DNA from: Candidatus Alistipes avistercoris
GTDB taxonomy: Bacteria > Bacteroidota > Bacteroidia > Bacteroidales > Rikenellaceae
Direction of reading: 5' to 3'
Length of the DNA stretch: 64,000 nt
Assembly: GCA_019115075.1 (NCBI GenBank)
Contig: DXEE01000037.1
Span: 5,097 to 69,096 of the forward strand
In this document: positions 17,361 through 25,175 of the stretch, in pieces
Numbering within the stretch: the first letter of the stretch is position 1
Layout: each line of letters opens with the position of its first letter
Translations under genes and position numbers: made by a program
The notes under the pieces: model-generated
The model's input: only the letters and a program-made list of their open reading frames with translations
The model's database searches: none
Told to the model about the DNA's origin: nothing

Positions 17361-19424
17361 TCAGTTGGTTTTGCGCTGCATCCGGTATTTGTAGTTGTTG
17401 TCGATGATGGCCTGAGGCAGCAGGTCGCCGTAAACCGTATAGCCTGTGTAGTCCTGGCAAACACGGTCGCCCACATAATCCAGCAGTACGATGCCAGTGG
17501 ATCCCGGGGTGCGGTTCTCGTTCATCAGGTAGTTGTATACCGGAAGGTTTACCTCCTGTCCCAGACGTGCATAGGCCGACGAAATGGCCGACCCTCCGGC
17601 GTATCCGGAGCAGTGGTTGATCGTCCAGACGTGGGAGCCCTTTGCCGCCTCGTCGCGGGCGAGATCCAGATATCTCTCCACCGATGCGATTTTGGCGGAG
17701 ATGGATGCATCGACGTTGGACTCGTTGTTTACCTCATAGTAATTCTGGCAATAGAGGATCCAGTCCGTGTGGTGTCCCCACTGGTCGTTCCCGTAATCGA
17801 CATACTGCTCTTTCAGATAGGCCTGCTGGGTGCCCTCCGCATGCGAACCGGGGAAACCGGAAACGAACATCATGCCCGACGGGGCGGTATTGGTGAAATA
17901 GCCATCCGGGTCAGTCCCCTGGTTGGGCCGCATGATGCTCAGAATCTTGCCCCGTGCTTCGCCTATGGTGAGGTCTTTCTTGCAGAGCGACCGCGGCAAT
18001 GCATGGCTCGTGTAGGTCGAGGTTCCCACAAAGTTGTTCATCGCCTTGTTGAACCGACTTTCGGCATTTATTACGGCAAGCCTTTCAGACTCCCATCTTA
18101 TGATGGTTATGATAAATTCTCCGGGATGCTCATTTAGGAACGTATTAAAGGCCTCATATACTTCCTTAAGATCGATATTGCAACTTGCTACACCATGGTA
18201 AATGGGAAGGGCATTGTCGTTTTCCACCAAAAACATCGAAGCCGCCGGTCTTAAATCAAAGCAGCGGATACCCATCTCCAGCTGTTCGGCAATCGTTCGG
18301 GTCTGGCACTTGCCGGAGCTCAGATCGCACGCTCTTGTTGCGGCATCGTGCGTACCCGGGATGGAGAGTTGCGATACATAGATGTCGTCGTCCAGCGGAG
18401 TCATCCAGAGGTTGCCCGTTGCCTCCGTGGGGAACCACGGCAGGGTCAGCTTGGTTTTCGAGCCGGCAGCCAGGTTGATGGGGTTTCCGTTTGCATCCAT
18501 ATTGCCGCCGATGGTTACCTCCTGTACCGTTTCGCCGGTTGCATGGACACGGACCGTTACGGGGTTCTCCGCATCGATAGGCAGCGGCGGCAGGAAGACG
18601 GTGAGCGTAACGGACTGTCCTGCTTCCAGGTCGATGTGGTAATTGTCGCCCTGCTTGACCCGGACGAATGTTGTCTCGGTGTGAGAGACTCCGGTATTGC
18701 CCGCGTTTACGATCGTCCCGTTGGCTATGTCGTACTGGAATTTGCCCTGTCCTGCATCGGGTGACTGCACGTTGTTGTTGATGATGCTGATACCCGTTAT
18801 GGTGACGGTCTCCATGTTGGTGGTTTCACGGCCGCGGACCGTCACTTTGAGCGTGGTCATGATCGGATCGAAGTGCAGCGGCACCTCGTCGATCGGTGTG
18901 GTGGCGAGATGGGCGACCATGTAGGCATTGGTCATGTCGGGAGTACCCATATAGTTTCCGTTTCCGTCGGGCGTTGTGGGAAGCTCGCAGACCTGGTCCA
19001 GATTGATGCTGAACGAGGCGATTCCGTCAGCGACGCTTACCTTGTTGTTGTCTGCGGGATAGACGGCGAAAAAGTTGTGGGTGATGTTGTCTCCGCCCCA
19101 GGCCAATCCTGATTCATTGTACTGAAGCTTGCCTGCATGCTCCTTGTCGGGATCAATCGACTTGATTACCGTGTAGTCGGCCTGTTTCACATCTTCGGCC
19201 TCGTTGCAGAAGATCCGGATCTTGTCCCCGTTGTTCCAGTTGATCTGGAACTCGTTCTCATCATCGTACTCGGTGCGTGTCGTTGTATTGCTCAATGCGA
19301 AGTTCACGGTTGCACCGCTGGTCGGTTTGTTGCCATGTCCGTTGTCAAGATCATCGCTGGAGCATCCGCTGAAGGCTCCGGCGATTGCCAATCCTGCACA
19401 CAGGACTCCAAAATACTGTTTCAT
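17361..19424 (-). CDS. surface lipoprotein: fimbrillin-like N-terminal half fused to a PI-PLC X-domain (PLC-like phosphodiesterase)
   Basis: Trimmed to MKQYFGVLCAGLAIAGAFSGCSSDD (lipobox). The N-terminal half is typical of Bacteroidales fimbrillin-like proteins. The C-terminal half carries LSIPGTHDAATRA...IRCFDLRPA, the PI-PLC X-box catalytic signature. Confidence 0.75.
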   Translation of the reverse strand: MKQYFGVLCAGLAIAGAFSGCSSDDLDNGHGNKPTSGATVNFALSNTTTRTEYDDENEFQINWNNGDKIRIFCNEAEDVKQADYTVIKSIDPDKEHAGKLQYNESGLAWGGDNITHNFFAVYPADNNKVSVADGIASFSINLDQVCELPTTPDGNGNYMGTPDMTNAYMVAHLATTPIDEVPLHFDPIMTTLKVTVRGRETTNMETVTITGISIINNNVQSPDAGQGKFQYDIANGTIVNAGNTGVSHTETTFVRVKQGDNYHIDLEAGQSVTLTVFLPPLPIDAENPVTVRVHATGETVQEVTIGGNMDANGNPINLAAGSKTKLTLPWFPTEATGNLWMTPLDDDIYVSQLSIPGTHDAATRACDLSSGKCQTRTIAEQLEMGIRCFDLRPAASMFLVENDNALPIYHGVASCNIDLKEVYEAFNTFLNEHPGEFIITIIRWESERLAVINAESRFNKAMNNFVGTSTYTSHALPRSLCKKDLTIGEARGKILSIMRPNQGTDPDGYFTNTAPSGMMFVSGFPGSHAEGTQQAYLKEQYVDYGNDQWGHHTDWILYCQNYYEVNNESNVDASISAKIASVERYLDLARDEAAKGSHVWTINHCSGYAGGSAISSAYARLGQEVNLPVYNYLMNENRTPGSTGIVLLDYVGDRVCQDYTGYTVYGDLLPQAIIDNNYKYRMQRKTN

Positions 19425-19447
19425 GTCCAATCGTTTTTCGTTGTTAC

Positions 19448-19627
19448 TTAATCCCATGAATCCAACTCGAACGAACCCCCATTCTCCTGTTGGTTGATAT
19501 CGACATTGGCTTTTTCGTCGTCCTGGACGACTTTGTCCTTGGAGGAGGCACAGATGCCGCTTTCCAGGCTTACCTGAGTCCTCGTGGTCCGCGGAGACTC
19601 GTACGTTCCGTTTTTCTTTTTTTCCAT
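19448..19627 (-). CDS. small hydrophilic acidic protein (59 aa), hypothetical
   Basis: MEKKKNGTYESPRTTRTQVSLESGICASSKDKVVQDDEKANVDINQQENGGSFELDSWD. It is preceded by a strikingly AT-rich 63-nt spacer, its third codon positions look GC-biased like neighbouring genes, and it stops 23 nt before the lipoprotein ATG. No homolog recognised. Confidence 0.35.
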   Translation of the reverse strand: MEKKKNGTYESPRTTRTQVSLESGICASSKDKVVQDDEKANVDINQQENGGSFELDSWD

Positions 19628-19690
19628 TGTGAATAAAAATAAAGAGTTGATATGAATTGAGTTAATTGAGTTGATCATGCATTTGCCGGA

Positions 19691-22030
19691 TCATTTTTTT
19701 TTCGATTTTTTCCCGTATCCGTACCCATATCCGTAACGTCCGTAACCGTAACCGGTCCGGGTCGGATCGACTCCGTTGAGTACCAGGGCCATGTTTTTCA
19801 GTTTCCTGCCTTCGTACATGGCTTCGATGTCGGGCAGCTGGCGCCGGTCGAGCCGTCCTGCCCGAATGACGAAGATCGTCAGATCGGCGATGCGGTTGGC
19901 GATGCTGGCATCGGCAATGATACCGACCGGGACGTTGTCGGCGATGATCAGGTCGTAGCGGCTGCGCAGCGCGTCGAACAGTTCGTCCAGACGGCTGTCC
20001 ATCAACAGTTCGGCCGGGTTGGGAGCCGTTGCGCCGAACGATATGACATCGAAATGTTCGCGGTGCTGGATGATTTCGTCCACCGTCACCGACGGATCAG
20101 CCAGGTAATTGGTGACTCCCGTCCTGCGGATCCCGAAATGACGGCTCAACGTGCCCTTCCGGATGTCCAGATCGACAAGCACCTCCCGCTTTTTGGCATA
20201 GACGAAACTCATGGCCAGATTGCTGGCGATGAAGGTTTTGCCGGCGCCCTCGTTGAACGAGGTGAATGTGATGACCTGCGATGGCCGGTCCTTGCGCGAC
20301 ATGAAGGCCATGTTGGTCCTTAGAACGCGGAATGCTTCAGCCACGATACCGTCCTCGTCCGTTTTGTCGGTGTCGGCATCTCCTCTTTTCCGGCGTTTGC
20401 CTGCTTCGCGGTCCAACGGAATCTCGCCGAGAAAGGGTACGCTCAGCGCCTTTTCGACCTCCTTGCGGCTGCGGACCCGTGTGTCCATGAAAAGTACGGT
20501 CAGACACGATACTCCCGGAATGGCCAGTCCGACGATCAGACCCAGCAGCAGAATGCGGTTGCGGTTGGGCGATATCGGCTGCGTACTGCCTTCGGCTCCG
20601 TCGATGACGCGGGCGTTGTTGTCGGCCATCGCCTGCGACAGGGCATTCTCCTCGCGTTTGTTGAGCAGGTACAGATACAGGGTCTCCTTGATCTTTTGCT
20701 GCCGTTCGATGGAGAGCATCTGACGCTCTTTGGTCGGGATGGAGGTCACGCGGTCCTGCGCCTGCAGTTCGCGGCTTTGTGCGTCGTTGCGTTTTACGTT
20801 CAGCGTCACGATCATGTTGTCCACGGCGCGGATGATGTTCTGCTTCATGGCCCGCAGGGAGTTGTTCAGTTCCTGGACGACCGGGTTGTTTTCGCTGCTG
20901 TCATCCACCAGAGCGTCGCGTTTGAGTTTGGCCGTATTGTAGAGACTGATCTGGCTCTCGATGTTCATGTCGCCGATTCCCGTGTTGGAAGGGATCAGGT
21001 CGGTGTCCTTGGTCGGATCGGTCAGGTAGTCCTTGATGAATTGGGCCAGACGGAGCTGCGTCTCCAGTTCCAGGGCGTCGATGCTGTATTTTTGCGATTC
21101 GGTCATGTACATCCCCGCCGACGAGGCGATGTCTACGATCTGGTTCCGCTGTTTGAACGACTCGAGGTCTGACTCCACGCTGCCCAGTTCGCTCTCGATG
21201 ATGATCAGACGCTCGTTGATGAAATCGGCCGTATTGATCGCCACCTGGTTCTTGTCCCGTATGGCCTCTTCGTTATAGACGAAGATGAGCGTGTTGAGTA
21301 CATCTTCGGCCCGGGCCGCCGAGTTGTCCTTCAGGGCAAGGGTGAGGATGGATGACTCCTCCTCTTCCTGCTGTATTCCCAGAGCTCCCCGGTAATAGTT
21401 CACCATCGACTCCAATGAGAACTTGCGGACCCGGATGGGGATGTTCTGCCAGGAGGCTCCGTAGTAATTGGTCGGTGTTGCGACGACGCGCATTCCTTTG
21501 CTGATCTCCACCGTGTCGTTCAGGGAAACGGTACGGCTGGTTCCGTCGCCGATTCCGGAGCATTCGGACAGCTCGACCGTGTTTTTGTCCTTCGGGGTTA
21601 CGGTCAGAGAGAACCGCTGTTCGGGCAGGGCGTCCGGGAAACTCAGAAGTACGGGCGACTGGGTGTAGAGTTCATTGAGGCGCAATCCCTCCTCGACCTG
21701 ATAACTCACATCGGCATGGAGGCGCTGCACCACCTCGCGCATAAGCTTCTTGGAGCGGAACTGCAGGATTTCGTTGGCGACGTTCACTTTATTGATGATG
21801 TTGTCGAAACGGTCCAGTCCCGTGGTGGAGGTTTTGTTGGACGGGTCCTTGATGATGACGGTCGCCGAACGGTAGTAGACGAAAGGCGAACGGGCGTAGT
21901 TGAACCATGCGATCCCGACGCATACGGCGATCGACAGGGCGAACCATCTCCATTTGGAGACAAGGTATACGATCAGGTCCATCAGGTTGAGACCCTGATC
22001 GTTCCCAGCGGTTGAGGTGTTGGTCTGCAT
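19691..22030 (-). CDS. wzc: polysaccharide co-polymerase / BY-kinase (Wzc type), copy 2
   Basis: Same architecture as copy 1: Walker A (SFNEGAGKTF) and a C-terminal Tyr cluster (GYGYGRYGYGYGYG). Confidence 0.9.
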   Translation of the reverse strand: MQTNTSTAGNDQGLNLMDLIVYLVSKWRWFALSIAVCVGIAWFNYARSPFVYYRSATVIIKDPSNKTSTTGLDRFDNIINKVNVANEILQFRSKKLMREVVQRLHADVSYQVEEGLRLNELYTQSPVLLSFPDALPEQRFSLTVTPKDKNTVELSECSGIGDGTSRTVSLNDTVEISKGMRVVATPTNYYGASWQNIPIRVRKFSLESMVNYYRGALGIQQEEEESSILTLALKDNSAARAEDVLNTLIFVYNEEAIRDKNQVAINTADFINERLIIIESELGSVESDLESFKQRNQIVDIASSAGMYMTESQKYSIDALELETQLRLAQFIKDYLTDPTKDTDLIPSNTGIGDMNIESQISLYNTAKLKRDALVDDSSENNPVVQELNNSLRAMKQNIIRAVDNMIVTLNVKRNDAQSRELQAQDRVTSIPTKERQMLSIERQQKIKETLYLYLLNKREENALSQAMADNNARVIDGAEGSTQPISPNRNRILLLGLIVGLAIPGVSCLTVLFMDTRVRSRKEVEKALSVPFLGEIPLDREAGKRRKRGDADTDKTDEDGIVAEAFRVLRTNMAFMSRKDRPSQVITFTSFNEGAGKTFIASNLAMSFVYAKKREVLVDLDIRKGTLSRHFGIRRTGVTNYLADPSVTVDEIIQHREHFDVISFGATAPNPAELLMDSRLDELFDALRSRYDLIIADNVPVGIIADASIANRIADLTIFVIRAGRLDRRQLPDIEAMYEGRKLKNMALVLNGVDPTRTGYGYGRYGYGYGYGKKSKKK

Positions 22031-22049
22031 CTTTCAGAACATTTGTCCG

Positions 22050-22850
22050 TTATTTGAGTACCCACAGGATGGAGCATACGGCCGTTATGACGGACAGCAG
22101 CGTGCGTCCGATCTCCCAGCCCCGGCTCTGGGTGTCTCTGCGGTAGTATTTCTTGTCCATCTCCACATAGACGATGTCGTTTTGCTGGAGATAGAAACAG
22201 GGGGAGTCGAAGATTTCCCGGCTGCGCAGGTCGTGCATGAAGATCTGCCGGCCTCCGTCCATTTCGCGGATGACAGCCACCCGGTCCACCCGGGCTTTCG
22301 AGGTCAGGTCTCCGGCTTTGGCGATGGCTTCGAGCAGCGTCACCCGGTCTCCGTCGGCCGTGAAGGTGCCGTTGTGTCCGACTGCCCCCATGACGGTGTA
22401 TCTGAAATTCAGGAATTCGATCGATACCAACGGATCCTTCATGTAGTTGCCCTCTTCGATCCGGGTTTTGATCAGGTCCCGGACCTCGCTGACCGTCATG
22501 CCGTCCACGTGCAGTTTGCCCAGGATGGGAAAGTCGATGTCGCCCTCCACGTCCACGCGGTATCCGGTCTCCCGCACCTTGCTCGGCGATTCGGTGTTCA
22601 CGTCGCCGTCGGCACCCACGCGGAAGGTTTCGCCGTAGATGTTGAACGGGATGGCAAGTTCGGGATTCTTGCAGCTCACCGTGATGCTCAGCCGGTCGTC
22701 CCGGTGAATGGTGGCCTCATACCGGGTGTCGATGGGATAGTTCTCCCCCACCTGCATGTCCTGCAGATAGACGTAGTTTTTGCGCGAGCAGGAGGGTGCC
22801 AGCAGCAATACGACAAGCAGGCTTGCCCATAGGCAGAATGATTTGTTCAT
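22050..22850 (-). CDS. wza: outer-membrane polysaccharide export protein (Wza type), copy 2
   Basis: Lipoprotein-type signal (LLLAPSCS) and Poly_export/SLBB-like sequence (GTFTADGDRVTLLEAIAKAGDLT). Confidence 0.85.
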   Translation of the reverse strand: MNKSFCLWASLLVVLLLAPSCSRKNYVYLQDMQVGENYPIDTRYEATIHRDDRLSITVSCKNPELAIPFNIYGETFRVGADGDVNTESPSKVRETGYRVDVEGDIDFPILGKLHVDGMTVSEVRDLIKTRIEEGNYMKDPLVSIEFLNFRYTVMGAVGHNGTFTADGDRVTLLEAIAKAGDLTSKARVDRVAVIREMDGGRQIFMHDLRSREIFDSPCFYLQQNDIVYVEMDKKYYRRDTQSRGWEIGRTLLSVITAVCSILWVLK

Positions 22851-22858
22851 GTTTTATT

Positions 22859-23773
22859 TCAGTGTTGTTGTTTCATTGGTTGCCGGATCTTGAGCAGGCT
22901 CCGGTAGCAAAGGATGGCCGCATCGCTGTCCGGACGGCATTCGAGTATGCCGGTCGGCACGCGTTCGGCCAGGCGTACCAGCGTATCGTAGAGGCGAGCC
23001 CGCAGATCCTGATCCTGGCTGATGACCGAACACCCCGGATAGAGGGCGACGAAAGCGTCGGCTCCTTCCTGCCTGTGGAACCTGTTCTCCGGGGCCTGGA
23101 TCAGCCGCACCATGCCGCCGATGGGGAAACTCTGCGGTTTGTAGCAAGGGGTCTTCCCACTCCATGGGGTTCCGTGGGCGTAGGCCGTATCGCCCTGGAT
23201 GCGGATGGTCGGATTGTCGTCGTTGAGCAGTTCGGTGCCGGGCAGATGGCGTAGCCAGAGAGCCGAGTGGGTGCTTTTCCCCGTACCGCTTCGCCCCATG
23301 AAGAGAAAGGCCTCGCCGTTCCGGGATACGGCCGATGCATGGAATGCCAGTGCGTCGTGGTAGAGAATGGCCTGTGAATAGGCGATCCGCAGCAGCGAGG
23401 AGAGTACGTGTCCGGCATCTTCGTCCCGTGGAGAGATTCCGATCCGGATTTGTGTGAAGGAGTTGTCGGCCCGCATGACATGGTCCTGCCCGTCCGGCCT
23501 GGTACGCAGCCTGACTTCGTATTGTCCGGCCCGGAAGAAGAGGCGTACCGATCCCAGGTCATTGACCGTCTCCTCCAGCAACGAACCGGTCTCCTCTTCC
23601 CGACAAGTCTCGGAGTTGGTGCCGACCGTACATGCGAACAGTTGCGGTGTGCCTTTCCGCGGATTGCAGGCAAACGGCCTGAAGGAAGGCAGCAGGGCCC
23701 CGGCGTCCCACCCTTCCGGAAGTTGCACGGACAGGATGAATCCGGCTATGCAGAAACGGAGCGTTTTCATCAT
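22859..23773 (-). CDS. HPr-kinase-related P-loop kinase (HprK C-terminal-domain-like)
   Basis: FHASAVSRNGEAFLFMGRSGTGKSTHSALWL P-loop followed by ELLNDDNP, as in the HprK/P catalytic domain. Trimmed to the ATG at 23773, overlapping the upstream stop (ATGATGA). Confidence 0.75.
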   Translation of the reverse strand: MMKTLRFCIAGFILSVQLPEGWDAGALLPSFRPFACNPRKGTPQLFACTVGTNSETCREEETGSLLEETVNDLGSVRLFFRAGQYEVRLRTRPDGQDHVMRADNSFTQIRIGISPRDEDAGHVLSSLLRIAYSQAILYHDALAFHASAVSRNGEAFLFMGRSGTGKSTHSALWLRHLPGTELLNDDNPTIRIQGDTAYAHGTPWSGKTPCYKPQSFPIGGMVRLIQAPENRFHRQEGADAFVALYPGCSVISQDQDLRARLYDTLVRLAERVPTGILECRPDSDAAILCYRSLLKIRQPMKQQH

Positions 23774-24867
23774 CCGAGTTGTCCTTTGGCCAGATCCGCA
23801 AAGATCCAGAATGCCTCTTTGGGAGCGTATGCGGCTGCAAAACGCAGGTTTCGGCAGAACGAACGGGCCGTATGCATTTTGTGTATCCAACCGGGCCGGC
23901 CGCCTGTCTCCCTGTCCGACCGGTACTGGCCGAAGTTGCCGCCCTTCCATACGATGTCGAGCAGAACACGAGCATCCGGTGCCGTCTCTTCATAAGGCAG
24001 ACAGGCGGCCGGGAGCCCGAGACAATCCACCAGAAAGGCGTGCAACAGCGGATTCCATCGGGCAAGGCCCCATCTCCGGCAATAGTTCTTCATCTCCTCG
24101 GGGTTCACCTCCCGGTGCAACCGGTAGCAGGCTCGCGCCATGTCGCACAGTTGCCGCAGCCCGATTCCCCTGCCCAACGTGTGTTTGAGAATATGCAGGT
24201 CCAGAAGCAGCAGGTTCAGAAACGGGGAGGGAACCGTCATCGGCTCCAATTCCTGCGCGAGCCGCATGTGGATACAGCCCTTTGTGCGGGCCAGTTTATC
24301 CGCTTCGTGTTGCAGGAACGGATTGTGCAGATCCAACAGGCGTACATGATGTTCGACCTCCAGACCGTGCCAGAGGTAGAAGATGCTCCGGTCCGGCATC
24401 TTGCGAATCCGTATTCCGTTCTGCCGCACGAGCTGTTCGGCTCGTTTGGCCGCCTCCGGATCCTGAAAGCACAGGTCGATGTCTCCGCATTCACGCAGCA
24501 AGGGGGATTCGTAGAGACAGGCCACACCCTGCCCTTTCTGCAGAACAGGGTCGATTCCCTGGGCCCGGAATTCGCCGTAGAGCTCCGAGAGCGCGCGATT
24601 CATCTCCAGATTCCTGCGCTCGATGGCATCCACTCTTGCCGTCCAACGGATCAGCAGGGAGTCTGTCGGCAGCATCGTATCGGGCAGATACTGCATTCCC
24701 CGGAACACGATACCCGTTACGGTTTGTCGTCGGGCCTGCCGGAACAGCTTTTCCCACTCGTCGTCCGACAGGGGGAAACATGCGGGGTCGTCTATTTCGC
24801 GCTCCCACAGCCCCGAACGCAGAATGGCCAGCAATGCGGTATGTATTTTCCTTTCCGGTGCGTCCAT
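23770..24867 (-). CDS. uncharacterised nucleotidyltransferase family protein (NTP_transf_5-like)
   Basis: GDIDLCF (GxDxD-type pol-beta NTase motif) in a protein of about 365 aa. The sequence resembles the PF14907-type proteins that accompany PqqD/HprK-like genes. Trimmed to MDAPERK at 24867. Confidence 0.7.
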   Translation of the reverse strand: MDAPERKIHTALLAILRSGLWEREIDDPACFPLSDDEWEKLFRQARRQTVTGIVFRGMQYLPDTMLPTDSLLIRWTARVDAIERRNLEMNRALSELYGEFRAQGIDPVLQKGQGVACLYESPLLRECGDIDLCFQDPEAAKRAEQLVRQNGIRIRKMPDRSIFYLWHGLEVEHHVRLLDLHNPFLQHEADKLARTKGCIHMRLAQELEPMTVPSPFLNLLLLDLHILKHTLGRGIGLRQLCDMARACYRLHREVNPEEMKNYCRRWGLARWNPLLHAFLVDCLGLPAACLPYEETAPDARVLLDIVWKGGNFGQYRSDRETGGRPGWIHKMHTARSFCRNLRFAAAYAPKEAFWIFADLAKGQLG

Positions 24868-24887
24868 TGGCTCTCCTCCGACCGGAA

Positions 24888-25169
24888 TCAATCGATAAGA
24901 CCGAACGTCCGCCATTCGGACAATTGCCGCTCCACGTCTCGGAGGGCCGTGTCGGGATCGACTCCGAACGTCCGGCTCAACCGGTCCGTCAGCTCCTCCG
25001 TCGTACAACCGTCCTCCGCTATCTGTTCCCACAGCCAGGCAGCCGTGCGGTTCAGGCTGTATACGTTGCTCATGTTCACATTTCCGGCGCAGGCTTCAAC
25101 GATCATGTATTGATTGCCGATCCTGCGCAACATCAATCCGGCTTTTGCGCGTATCCTGCTCGAAGTCAT
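24888..25169 (-). CDS. PqqD-family protein (RiPP recognition element-like)
   Basis: 93 aa. LRRIGNQYMIVEA...VYSLNRTAAWLWEQI...TEELTDRLSRTFGVDPDTALRDVERQLSEW matches the PqqD winged-helix pattern. Confidence 0.75.
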   Translation of the reverse strand: MTSSRIRAKAGLMLRRIGNQYMIVEACAGNVNMSNVYSLNRTAAWLWEQIAEDGCTTEELTDRLSRTFGVDPDTALRDVERQLSEWRTFGLID

Positions 25170-25175
25170 TGCCTT

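Noticed and set aside
19694-19762. GGTTACGG/ATACGG-type short tandem repeats, also present at 9967-10050
   Set aside because: These encode the C-terminal (Y-G)n tyrosine clusters of the two Wzc BY-kinases. They are coding repeats, not regulatory or CRISPR-like repeats.
13799-25169. Calling the PqqD/kinase/NTase/ABC genes a lasso-peptide biosynthetic cluster
   Set aside because: No asparagine-synthetase-like lasso cyclase and no transglutaminase-like B2 protease ORF exists anywhere in the window. Every ORF of at least 60 aa in the block is accounted for by other functions.
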